Assembly (NCBI GenBank): GCA_963667785.2
Contig: CAXXMU010000001.1
Location: forward strand, 800,001 to 864,000
Origin: Alphaproteobacteria bacterium
GTDB taxonomy: Bacteria > Pseudomonadota > Alphaproteobacteria > UBA828
Direction of reading: 5' to 3'
DNA length: 64,000 nt
The position numbers and the translations under genes are program-made. Numbering within the stretch: position 1 is the first letter of the stretch; the number at the start of each line of letters is the position of its first letter. Under the pieces are notes generated by a model. The model searched no databases and was not told the origin of the DNA. It saw only the letters and a program-made list of their open reading frames with translations. Below are positions 1 through 9,003 of this stretch, in pieces.

Positions 1-246
1 CCCATCCAGGAGCGCCATCTCGGACCCTTGGTCGGCGTCTACGTCTCCGAGATCGGCCGGCTGCACCGGGTCGTCCTGATCCGGGCCTACGAGAGCCTGG
101 CGGATCGCGAGCGGCGCCGCGCCACGATGGGCGCCGACCCCGCGTGGCAGGCCTTCATCCAGTCGGTCTGGGCCCTCGACGCGATCCAGGAGCAGGACGT
201 GATGGTCATGAACCCCGCGCCCTGCTCGCCGCCGCTCCGCGACTGA
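1..246 (+). CDS. NIPSNAP family protein (5'-truncated by window edge)
   Basis: Frame is open from base 1 (PIQERHLGPLVGVYVSEIGRLHRVVLIRAYESLADRERRRATMGADPAWQAF...PAPCSP), a typical NIPSNAP pattern. Confidence 0.8.
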   Translation, partial: PIQERHLGPLVGVYVSEIGRLHRVVLIRAYESLADRERRRATMGADPAWQAFIQSVWALDAIQEQDVMVMNPAPCSPPLRD

Positions 247-291
247 ACGGCGCGACGCCGCGGGGCGTGCCCGCGCATCCGACCCGGCGGG

Positions 292-383
292 TGTTGTTAA
301 GCGCACCTTGTTGACCCCGCGCAGCCCAGCGAGATCAATGGATTAGCATGCCGATCGGCATCGAACCCCTGCGCCGGTCAACA
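292..383 (+). mobile_element. Left transposon-end-like element (TGTTG terminus, IHF-like site, GCCGATCGGC palindrome)
   Basis: Aligns co-linearly over ~92 bp with the reverse complement of 6377..6467; IHF-like GATCAATGGATTA at 333..345. Confidence 0.65.
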
Positions 384-551
384 CGAATTTGGACGAAGCG
401 ACAAACCTTCCACATAGTTCCCAAATAATGCGTGAAGGAATTCGCACCGGCGGCGTCATTCACTCGGCCCGCGTCTTCGGCTGCGGTGCGGGCTTCGCCG
501 TCGTCGTCGGGCAGCCAAGGCCTTCCAGCGAGAGGAACTGGACCGCACTCA

Positions 552-1211
552 TTACGACGATGTGGAAGGGCTGCAGCATCCATCCAGGATGACCTTGGTC
601 ATGGTCTCAGCCGCAGCGTCGAAGTCCGCCCTCGTGAGCCGTCGCCGCCCGAGCACGTCGGCGGCGAGCATCCCGAAGTCCGCGTAGAACTGGGTCGCGG
701 ACCACAGCATGATGAAGAAGTGGCGCGGGTCCACCGGCGCCATGTGTCCCCGCCTGATCCATTCTTCCACCACGTGGGCGCGCTGGTCGGTGACCGCGCG
801 GATATGCTGGCGCTGCCGCCGCTCCAAGAACTGCGCACCACGCAGGATCTCGTTGGCGAAGAAGCGGGATTCGGTGGCGTGGCGGCGCGAATACTCGAGC
901 TTTGCGCGGATGTAGGCAGCGATCGCGTCGCGCGGTTCGCGCTCGGGCACGATGTGATCGAACGCGCGATCCCACCCCTCGATCAACCGCTCGATGACGG
1001 CAGAATAGATGCTCTCCTTGGTCGGGAAGTAGTAGTAGACGTTCGTCTTCGGCAGGCCGCAAACCCGCGCTATCTCCTTGACATGGGTGCCGTGAAAGCC
1101 CTTGTCGGCGAAAAGGCCGACGGCGGCGCGTAGGATTCTTTCCTCGTTCCTGGCGCGAATGCGGGGTGTCGACGGCTCCGCCTCTGCATCAGTCCGCACG
1201 CTCTTCGTCAT
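552..1211 (-). CDS. rutR: TetR family transcriptional regulator, RutR-like
   Basis: N-terminal TetR HTH (ILRAAVGLFADKGFHGT...NVYYYFPTKE) and RutR C-domain motifs (YIRAKLEYSR, SRFFANEILRG, WSATQFYADF). Confidence 0.8.
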   Translation of the reverse strand: MTKSVRTDAEAEPSTPRIRARNEERILRAAVGLFADKGFHGTHVKEIARVCGLPKTNVYYYFPTKESIYSAVIERLIEGWDRAFDHIVPEREPRDAIAAYIRAKLEYSRRHATESRFFANEILRGAQFLERRQRQHIRAVTDQRAHVVEEWIRRGHMAPVDPRHFFIMLWSATQFYADFGMLAADVLGRRRLTRADFDAAAETMTKVILDGCCSPSTSS

Positions 1212-1298
1212 GGTCTTCCCTCGCGTTGCACGCCAACGAGGCCTTTCTGCGGCAGCCGCAGTCTAGCCCCGCATTCAGGCTGAGGGAGCAGAAAATAC

Positions 1299-1348
1299 TT
1301 GACGCACGTGTCCACTTCCAAGACCGTAAAACATGACACGCGTGTCCA
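1299..1348. promoter_or_regulatory. Two RutR-box-like 16-bp palindromic operators
   Basis: TTGACGCACGTGTCCA (1299..1314) and ATGACACGCGTGTCCA (1333..1348) lie in the divergent intergenic region and resemble the RutR consensus TTGACCAnnTGGTCAA. Confidence 0.65.
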
Positions 1349-1548
1349 GTTTCGATGCAAGCGGGAGCCTGCGGACCCTATGCGATGCAACTGAGGGCGG
1401 CGCTCCGGGAGACCCGAGAGGGCTGGTGGGAGGACATCCATCCGCCCTGGCGCGACGTCATCGGCGACTGAACGGTCCGCCGACGGGGGCCCGCCCACGA
1501 ATGCAAGCCGGGCGCAGCGGGCGCCCGAGGGAGAGAAGGAGAAACGCC

Positions 1549-2622
1549 ATGTCGAACAAGCCGAACGCGATAGGTCCGGGCGCACCGTTCGCGCGCCTCA
1601 GCCGCCGCAGGTTCCTGGCGGCAACCGCCGGCATCTCCGCGGTCGTCGGTGCGAGTTCCGCGCTGCCCCTTGCCGCGCGCGCGGACGCGGGCCTTGTCGC
1701 CTTGGTTCACACCCAGGCGGCGGGCGACAGCGGCCCCATCGATTCCATGATGGGCCGGCTCGATCAGCTCTCGGAGGCGCAAGCCTTCGAGACCCGAAGC
1801 ATCTACGCCCAGGACCCGGCGACCTACGAGACCGTGCTGCGCACCCTCGGCGATGCGGGTGCCTCCATCGTGCTCGGGACCTTCCCGGTCATCTCCGAGG
1901 CCTTCAAGGCGGTGGCGCCGCTCTATCCCGACACCAGATGGATCCAGCTCTTCGGCGATGCCGTCGACCCGCCGATCGGGAATCTGGTGACGGTCTCCTA
2001 CGACTACTATCTCGGCTGCTACCTGTCGGGCATCTTCGCCGCCCACGTCTCGCAGTCGAAGCAGATCGGCTTCATCGGCGGCATCAGCATTCCGCCGATC
2101 AACGCCGACTTCAACGCGCTCGAGGCCGGTGTCCATGCGGTCGATCCGGAGGCCACCGTGACGGCCGCCTTTGCGGGCTCCTTCCAGGACCCGGCCAAGG
2201 GCTACGAGATCGCGAGCCAGATGTTCCTGGACGGGATCGACTACATCCAGACCGATTCCGCCGCGACCGACGGCGGCATCATCCAGGCGGCCAACGAGCG
2301 CGAGGGCGCCATGGTCAGCGCACTCGATCCGGCCCAGTACCCGCTGGGACCCGCCTCGGTGATCGGGGTGGTCAGCCTCGACTTCGGCCAGTCGCTCCAT
2401 AACGAGACCAGCGCGGCGCTCGCCGCCGACTGGCGGGGCGGGCGGCATGTGCCGACGGGCCTCGGCAGCGGTGTCATCGACTTCCTCCGCTCGCCCCTCT
2501 ATCGGGAGCAGGGGCCGGCGGCTATCGTCGCACGATCGGACGAGGCGTGGCCTGCGGTCGAAGCGGCGCGGGCGGGTATCCTCGACGGCTCGGTTTCGGT
2601 GCCGTTCAACACGGAGCTCTGA
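1549..2622 (+). CDS. BMP family ABC transporter substrate-binding protein (purine/pyrimidine nucleoside), Tat-exported
   Basis: AAGGAG RBS before the ATG at 1549; twin-arginine signal SRRRFL; BMP motifs IGFIGG and FAGSFQDPAKG. Confidence 0.85.
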   Translation: MSNKPNAIGPGAPFARLSRRRFLAATAGISAVVGASSALPLAARADAGLVALVHTQAAGDSGPIDSMMGRLDQLSEAQAFETRSIYAQDPATYETVLRTLGDAGASIVLGTFPVISEAFKAVAPLYPDTRWIQLFGDAVDPPIGNLVTVSYDYYLGCYLSGIFAAHVSQSKQIGFIGGISIPPINADFNALEAGVHAVDPEATVTAAFAGSFQDPAKGYEIASQMFLDGIDYIQTDSAATDGGIIQAANEREGAMVSALDPAQYPLGPASVIGVVSLDFGQSLHNETSAALAADWRGGRHVPTGLGSGVIDFLRSPLYREQGPAAIVARSDEAWPAVEAARAGILDGSVSVPFNTEL

Positions 2623-2717
2623 TCGCACGCCCTGACTAGGAGGCACACTCGGAACGGACGACCGCCGCGGACCCGCCGGCCCTCCATTGCCGCGGGATTC
2701 GCGTCACATACGGCGAG

Positions 2718-4238
2718 GTGACGGCGCTCGCCGACCTCGACATCGCCTTCGCGCGCGGCGCCATCCACGCCGTGGTCGGCCAGAACGGCGCCGGGAAGAC
2801 GACATTCGCCCGTGTCGCAGCCGGGCTCGTCCGTCCCGACGCGGGCTCGCTCGCCATCGACGGGCGTGCGCTACGCCTCGGCCGCGTCGCCGGCGCGCGC
2901 GCGGCTGGCGTCGAGCTTGTCCACCAGAGCTTCGCGCTGCCGCCCTCCTTCACCGTAGCGGAGGCGCTGGAATTCGGCGCTGGCGGCGGCATCGGCGTCT
3001 ACAGTCGACGCCGGCTCTTGAAGCGATGTCGTGAGCGCCTCGCGGCCCTCGATCTCGATGTCGATCCTCGGCGGCGCATCCGCGACCTGCCGGTCGAGGT
3101 CCAGCAGGGGGTGGAGATCGCCCGCGCGCTGGTCACCGATGCACGACTCCTGATTCTGGACGAGCCGACGGCGGTGCTGCCGCCCGCCGGCATCGAGGCG
3201 CTGTTCGAGCGTATCCGCAGCCTCAAGCGGCACGGGGTCACGGTCATCCTGATCCTGCACAAGATCCGCGAAGTGATGGCCGTGGCCGACACCATCTCCG
3301 TTCTGCGCGGCGGCAGGCTGGTCGCGGGACCCATCCCGCGCGAGCGGGCGGACGAGACGAGCATCGCCGAGATGATCGTCGGCCAGGCCGCGGTGGGTCC
3401 CGTCAGCGCCGACGATACCCAGGCGCTGGTCGGGGCGGCGCCAGTTCGGAGTGTGGCCGCTCGTCGCGTTCCCGTCGCGGCGTCGCCCGAGGTCGGCGAG
3501 ACGGTGCTCCAACTCGCGGACGTGAATACGGCGAAGGACCCGGAGGAACCGCCGCTGGATCGGGTCTCCCTTGCGGTCGGGCCGGGGGAGATTGTCGGCG
3601 TCGCCGGGGTTCAGGGCAACGGTCAGCGGACGCTGGTGAAGGCGATCACCGGCCTCGCCGATGTCACGGGCGGCGATATCTACCTGAACGGCAGCCGCGC
3701 GAGCCGTACCAGCGCCGCCAACCGCCGCGCGCTGGGCCTGCGCGTCATCCCCTTCGAGCGCAACAGCGAGGGCCTCAGCCTCACCAGCGCGCTGTGGGAG
3801 AACTGGTCCGTTCGCGACCTGATGCAACGGCCGCTGTTCAGTTTCGTCGACCCGGCCGCGCTGCGCCGGCGCTGCGACGAGGCGCTCGAGACCTGGGGCG
3901 TGCGCTATGCGTCCGCCACCCAGAACGCCGGCGCGCTCTCCGGCGGCAACGCGCAGAAGGTGATTCTCGCGCGCGAGATCGACGAAGACGCGCGTCTCAT
4001 CATCGCCGCGCAGCCCGCGCGCGGGCTCGATATCGGCGCCACCGCCTTCGTCTGGTCGGCGCTGCGCGAGGCAGCCGGGCGCGGCTGCGGCGTGCTGCTG
4101 ATCTCGTCCGATCTGGACGAGCTGTTCGACGTCAGCCACCGCTTGGTGGTCATGCTCTCGGGCCGCATCGTCGCCGAGTTCGTCCCGCCCTATGACATCG
4201 CTGCGGTGGGCCGCGCCATGACCGGGGCGTCCACATGA
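2718..4238 (+). CDS. ABC transporter ATP-binding protein, CUT2/nucleoside type, two NBDs (true start probably upstream)
   Basis: GQNGAGKT Walker A, ILDEPT, LSGGNAQK, AQPARGLD. Confidence 0.9.
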   Translation: MTALADLDIAFARGAIHAVVGQNGAGKTTFARVAAGLVRPDAGSLAIDGRALRLGRVAGARAAGVELVHQSFALPPSFTVAEALEFGAGGGIGVYSRRRLLKRCRERLAALDLDVDPRRRIRDLPVEVQQGVEIARALVTDARLLILDEPTAVLPPAGIEALFERIRSLKRHGVTVILILHKIREVMAVADTISVLRGGRLVAGPIPRERADETSIAEMIVGQAAVGPVSADDTQALVGAAPVRSVAARRVPVAASPEVGETVLQLADVNTAKDPEEPPLDRVSLAVGPGEIVGVAGVQGNGQRTLVKAITGLADVTGGDIYLNGSRASRTSAANRRALGLRVIPFERNSEGLSLTSALWENWSVRDLMQRPLFSFVDPAALRRRCDEALETWGVRYASATQNAGALSGGNAQKVILAREIDEDARLIIAAQPARGLDIGATAFVWSALREAAGRGCGVLLISSDLDELFDVSHRLVVMLSGRIVAEFVPPYDIAAVGRAMTGAST

Positions 4239-5281
4239 GCGGCATCAGCATCCGCGCGGGCGCGGTCATCCGCACGCTCGCCTTCATCGTGCTCGCGCTC
4301 GCTCTCTGCGGCGTCGTCTTCGAGCTGGCCGGCTACTCGGCGCTTCTGATGCTCGAAAGCGTCGTCGAGGGCGCCTTCCTGCGCGCGGGCGGCTGGGCGC
4401 AGAGCCTGCGCTGGGCCCTGCCGCTCTTCATCACCGCGACCGGTGTCGCCATCTCGTTCCGCTGCGGCTTCTTCAATATCGGCGCGCAGGGCCAGTTCTA
4501 TGTGGGCGCCATCTGCGCTGCCTTCGTCGCCGATGTGCTCGGCGGTGCGCCTGCGGCCCTCGTGCTGCCGGCGACCTTCCTCGCCGGCATGGCGGGAGGC
4601 GCGCTGTGGGCGCTCTGGCCGGGATATCTCAGGCTTCGCTCCGGCACCGACGAGGTCATCACGACGCTGATGGGCAACTTCATCGCAGCCCTCGTGCTGG
4701 TCTACGTCACCTCGGGCCCGCTCAAGGACCCCTCCGGCACCGGCCAGCAGGCGGCGAGCCCGCTGCTGCCGGCGGTCTACCGCATCAGCGATTCCCAGGG
4801 CATCTCGCCTGCGATCATCGGCATCGCCGCCGCCGTCGCGCTCGCCATGTGGGTGCTGGTCAACCGCACGCCCTTCGGCATGCTGGCGAGCCTCGCCGGG
4901 CGCAACCCGACCATGGTGCGCTTTCAGGGGGCGCGCCTCTGGACCCTGGGCCTTTCGAGCTTCCTTATCAGCGGCGGACTGGCCGGGCTCGCCGGCACCA
5001 TCGAGCTGCTCGGCCCCACCGGGCGCATCGCGAGCGGCTTTCTACCCGGCCACGGCTTCACCGCGGTGCTGATCGCCCTGGTCGCCAACCTTTCGGTGCT
5101 CGCGACTGCCGTGGTCAGCATGTTCTTCGGCGGCCTTGCCTCGGCCGCGCTCTACCTGCCGATCCTGGCCGGACTGCCGGCCGCCGCCATCGACATCTTC
5201 AACGCCTCCGTCGCGCTCTTCATCACCGCGAAGTCGGGATTGCTGGATCGCCTCCTGCGCGCAGCGAGGCTCCCCACATGA
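4235..5281 (+). CDS. Nucleoside ABC transporter permease
   Basis: Hydrophobic; FNIGAQGQF and EVITTLMGN motifs; ATGA overlap with the ATPase. Confidence 0.88.
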   Translation: MSGISIRAGAVIRTLAFIVLALALCGVVFELAGYSALLMLESVVEGAFLRAGGWAQSLRWALPLFITATGVAISFRCGFFNIGAQGQFYVGAICAAFVADVLGGAPAALVLPATFLAGMAGGALWALWPGYLRLRSGTDEVITTLMGNFIAALVLVYVTSGPLKDPSGTGQQAASPLLPAVYRISDSQGISPAIIGIAAAVALAMWVLVNRTPFGMLASLAGRNPTMVRFQGARLWTLGLSSFLISGGLAGLAGTIELLGPTGRIASGFLPGHGFTAVLIALVANLSVLATAVVSMFFGGLASAALYLPILAGLPAAAIDIFNASVALFITAKSGLLDRLLRAARLPT

Positions 5282-6180
5282 CCGAGTTCCACGAGTTCAT
5301 GGTGGCGATCCTGCGCTCCGGCACGCCGCTGGTCTACGTCACCATGGCGGGCGTCATCGCGCAGCGGGCCGGCGTCTGGCATCTCGGCCTCGAGGGCGTG
5401 ATGATCATCGGCGCCTGCGCCACGATCCTCGGCATCGTCCTCACCGACTCGTTCCCGGCAGCCATCGCGATCGCCTGCGTGCTCTGCGTCGCCGCCTCGG
5501 TCCTGCTCTGGTTCGTGATTGAGAAGCTCGGCGCCAACCCCATCATCGCGGGCTTGGGCCTCACGGGGCTCGGGATCGGCGGGACGGCGCTCGCCGTCCA
5601 GGCCCTCTTCGGCAGCCTGGCGGCCGTGACCGCGCCCTTCGGCGTGCCCCGGCTCGGCGCGGCCTTTGGCCCCTACGGCGCGCTCTCGATCTTCGTCCTG
5701 ATGATGCCCGTCGTGGTCTGGGGCATGTGGGTGCTGCTGCGCCGCACGCGCTTCGGCCTGCGCCTCGCCGCTGCCGGCGAGCATCCGCTCGCGGCACGCA
5801 GCGTCGGCACCAGCCCGGCCCGCGCCAGGCTCATCGCGCTGGCGGCGGGCGGCGTCCTCTGCGCCATCGGCGGCGCCGAGCTCGCGGCCGGCGGCCTCAC
5901 GATCTTCGCGCAGAACATGACCGCGGGGCGCGGTTTCATGAGCTTCGCCGCCGTCATCTTCGGCGCGGCGCATCCCGTAGGGGCTGCCTTCGCGGCGCTG
6001 TTCTTCAGCCTGGTGGGCGTCGCGGGAATCAGGCTGCAGCTTCTCTTCGGCGCGAGCATCCCGCACGACGTGCTGCTCTCGCTCCCCTACATGGCGACGA
6101 TCCTCGGCGTCTGGATCAGCGGGCGGATGCGCGGCGGTGCCAAGGCCGCCACCGAAGCCTCGGAGCTCCGCGATTACTAG
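5278..6180 (+). CDS. Nucleoside ABC transporter permease
   Basis: RAGVWHLGLEG, RTRFGLRL..GEHP, MTAGRGF; ATGA overlap with the previous gene. Confidence 0.88.
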   Translation: MTEFHEFMVAILRSGTPLVYVTMAGVIAQRAGVWHLGLEGVMIIGACATILGIVLTDSFPAAIAIACVLCVAASVLLWFVIEKLGANPIIAGLGLTGLGIGGTALAVQALFGSLAAVTAPFGVPRLGAAFGPYGALSIFVLMMPVVVWGMWVLLRRTRFGLRLAAAGEHPLAARSVGTSPARARLIALAAGGVLCAIGGAELAAGGLTIFAQNMTAGRGFMSFAAVIFGAAHPVGAAFAALFFSLVGVAGIRLQLLFGASIPHDVLLSLPYMATILGVWISGRMRGGAKAATEASELRDY

Positions 6181-6376
6181 CCCGGATTATTCGCGGCGAA
6201 TCTGACTTGGGGGTGGCGGGCATGGGGTAAGCCGTTGCCATCGGCTAGCAATTCTCTGTCGACCTATCTTTCTCCCCGAGCAGCGAACGCGCCACGCCGA
6301 CCACGACCGACGAGATCCTTCTCCCCGCCGATTTATCAATCGTCCGCCGCAACAAGGTGAGTGCCGCCTTCGATGA

Positions 6377-6467
6377 TGTTGATCGGCGCGAGGATTGGAC
6401 GCCGATCGGCGCTCTAACTCATTGATATAGCATGAACCCGTAGGGTCAAAATGGGCACCTAGCAACA
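6377..6467 (-). mobile_element. Right transposon-end-like element (inverted copy of 292..383)
   Basis: Reverse complement reads TGTTGCTAGGTGCCCATTTTGACCC...TATCAATGAGTTA...GCCGATCGGC...ATCAACA; exact IHF consensus WATCAANNNNTTR at 6415..6427. Confidence 0.65.
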
Positions 6468-6737
6468 GTCATGGCACTGCGTCTCCTGGGAAAACAGTCG
6501 CCCGCCGGCAAGTGGCTGCGTACTCGCTTGTCGTCTGCCCGGCGCCACGGCCGGCCCGGACCGCGCGGGTGGCAGCGCGCCGGCGCCGTTGGACTCCGAT
6601 CGGTATCCGGTAGCGTCGATACTAGGGCGGGTTGTGCCCTCAAAGGCCATTCCGACGCAGCGGCGATCCGTCGTTCTCGATCCGAGTCCTGCGAGGGCTC
6701 CCGCGGTCGAGCGTCGGGCGTGGATTTCAGGCCGGCG

Positions 6738-7037
6738 CTAGCCGGGACGACCCGTCCTCCACTCCCACGGCCGGACCTGAACGTCGGCGAAGACGTCCGC
6801 CTTGCCGTAAGGGCTGTCCGCCAGGAATGCTCGCGCCGCCTCCAAGGAAGGCGCCTCGGCGATCAGGAGCAGGCCGACGATGGTCTCCGAATCATCGGAG
6901 AGTGTCGGGCCGGCGTTATGGACGACGACGCCGGGATGTTCGGGATGGTTACGCAGATAGTCGATGAAGGCGCCCTGAATCTCGCTGCCTGCCTCGACCC
7001 GTCCCGGCTTGTGCGTGACGAAAGCGACGACGTGCAT
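6738..7037 (-). CDS. YciI family protein
   Basis: 99 aa with the YciI pattern AGPTLSDD..IVGLLLIAEAPSLEAARAFLADSPY...F. Confidence 0.75.
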   Translation of the reverse strand: MHVVAFVTHKPGRVEAGSEIQGAFIDYLRNHPEHPGVVVHNAGPTLSDDSETIVGLLLIAEAPSLEAARAFLADSPYGKADVFADVQVRPWEWRTGRPG

Positions 7038-7089
7038 CGGTCTTCTCCCCGTCCCTATGCATAACCCGCTTTGATCACGCTAGGCCCGC

Positions 7090-8847
7090 TCATCGCACCC
7101 TGTCAATCGACGGCTCCACGCGGACGGTCACGATATCCGTATCGTGGTACTGCTGATGGCGGACCGACGAGGCCAGGTGACGCAGCAGCCGCAGCGAGAT
7201 CTCCCGCTCGATCATCGCGCCGGCGCTGGCCTCGCCCAGCAGCGCGAGCCGGTCCTGAATGTTCTCCTCGCCTTTCGAGGCGACGAACTCCAGCACCGCG
7301 CCGCCGTCCTCGCTGCGCGCCGTGAGGAGCAGCCGCCGCCGCTCCGTGTCCGCACCGGGCTCGTCCTGTCTCTGGAGCGTTAGCAGCGTCTCTTCGCAGA
7401 CGGCATCGAGGCGGTCCACCATCTGCGCATCCCAGCCTCTTCGCGACGCGAACGCGTCGATGAACGCCCGGATCTCGTGCAGGGCGGAGGGATCGAACGC
7501 CACCTCCAGCCGGCGGCGGCGCGGCTTCGTCAGCTCGACGAACATGGTCATGACGATCGCCGCGATGCCTCCGGTCAGCATCCCGTTCTTCAGGAAGCCG
7601 CCCGCGAACGCCGTGACATGCTCGGGAAAGATCGCCTCGCTCTGAAAGCCCACGCCGATCCAGAACGCGACCCCGGCGATCAGGCCTTTGCGGTAGTCGA
7701 TCCCGTCCTGAATGATCACCCTCATGCCGATGATGAAGATCGTCGCCATCGTGACGCCGACGAACGCCGTGATGACCGGCCCTGGTATCGCAAGGATCAC
7801 GGCAAGCGCCTTGGGAACGAATGCCAGCACGATGAACGCCGCTCCCAGCGCGATGCCGATGCGGCGGGAGCTGATCCCGGTAATCTCGACCATGGACGCA
7901 CCCGTCGGCCGGAAGCCGAGCGGCATCGTGCCCGCGAGGCCCGACAGCAGGTTGCCCGCCCCGTCAGCTGCCACGGCGCCCTGCACCGCCCGGAAGTCCA
8001 CGGCCCGGCTCTCGGCCCACGAGACGCGCTGGATCGCGACGGCGCCGCTGATGGTTTGAATCGTGCAGACCAGGGCGATGAACACGAAGGCGGGCAGCAG
8101 CGCCCAGAAGTCGGGCTCGAAGCGCAGGTCCAGGGCCGACCACTCGGGCGTCGGAATGCCGATCCACGACGCCTGGACGATGCGGTCGACGTCGTAGAGG
8201 CCGAACACGCCCGCGACGAACGAGCCCGCGACGATTCCGATGATCGGCGCCCAGAGGCGTACCCGTCCCTTTGCCGTCAGCGTGACCCCGACGATGACGA
8301 CCAGCGTCGCCGCTGCGCTGAGCGGGGCGGCTAGAGGCGGCGTGCCGCTCGGCACGTTCTTCAACTGGTCGAACATGACCGGCATGATCGTCACCGGAGT
8401 CAGCATGAGAACCGTCCCCGTGACGGTCGGCGTCAGGATGCGGCGGAACAGAGAGAGGCGCGCGGAGAAGACGAACTGGACCAGGGCGAGGGTGACGACC
8501 AGGGTCGCGAGCAACGCCGGGCCGCCGGCGGAGAGGGCGGCGATGCTGACCGCGATGGATGCCCCGGACGTTCCGATCGCGAGGATGTAGCCGGCGCCGA
8601 AGCGGCCGATGCGCCGCGCCTGGAGAATCGCGGTCACGCCGCAGAGCGCGACGGAGGCGAACACGGCCCACAGCAGGACGTCCTCGGGCTGGCCGGCCGC
8701 CCTGAACACGACCGTCGGAATCATCACCGCGCCCGGCAGGACAAGGCAGGCGATCTGCAAGGCGAGGCCCACACTGAGCGGGACCGGGATCTTCGCGTCG
8801 GGATGACGGCGGCTTCCGGAGCGCCGGTCGGACTCGTCGAGTCCCAT
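7090..8847 (-). CDS. NCS2 (xanthine/uracil permease) family transporter with C-terminal HATPase/RsbW-like domain
   Basis: Multiple TM helices with NCS2-like motifs ([34 protein letters not shown]); soluble C-terminus EIRAFI...VCEETLLTL...LRLLRHLASSVRHQQYH. Start uncertain (8847 or 8979). Confidence 0.75.
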   Translation of the reverse strand: MGLDESDRRSGSRRHPDAKIPVPLSVGLALQIACLVLPGAVMIPTVVFRAAGQPEDVLLWAVFASVALCGVTAILQARRIGRFGAGYILAIGTSGASIAVSIAALSAGGPALLATLVVTLALVQFVFSARLSLFRRILTPTVTGTVLMLTPVTIMPVMFDQLKNVPSGTPPLAAPLSAAATLVVIVGVTLTAKGRVRLWAPIIGIVAGSFVAGVFGLYDVDRIVQASWIGIPTPEWSALDLRFEPDFWALLPAFVFIALVCTIQTISGAVAIQRVSWAESRAVDFRAVQGAVAADGAGNLLSGLAGTMPLGFRPTGASMVEITGISSRRIGIALGAAFIVLAFVPKALAVILAIPGPVITAFVGVTMATIFIIGMRVIIQDGIDYRKGLIAGVAFWIGVGFQSEAIFPEHVTAFAGGFLKNGMLTGGIAAIVMTMFVELTKPRRRRLEVAFDPSALHEIRAFIDAFASRRGWDAQMVDRLDAVCEETLLTLQRQDEPGADTERRRLLLTARSEDGGAVLEFVASKGEENIQDRLALLGEASAGAMIEREISLRLLRHLASSVRHQQYHDTDIVTVRVEPSIDRVR

Positions 8848-9003
8848 GTCCTGATCCCCGTTGCCTGCGGAGAGCGCGGCGACGACGGCTTCGCCGGTGC
8901 GTCGGGCGACCTCGACGGGCAGAACGCTGCTTTCCGAGGCATCCTCGCGCACGCGTTCGCCGCTCCCATTCAACGGCAAACGCGCGGGCCGCGCAAAGAA
9001 GCG

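Noticed and set aside
292-6467. CRISPR-associated transposon
   Set aside because: No cas, tniQ or tns genes and no repeat-spacer array in the window; only end-like sequences are present.
6468-6737. Short ORFs between the right transposon-like end and yciI
   Set aside because: No recognisable motifs, RBS or codon bias; probably decayed sequence.
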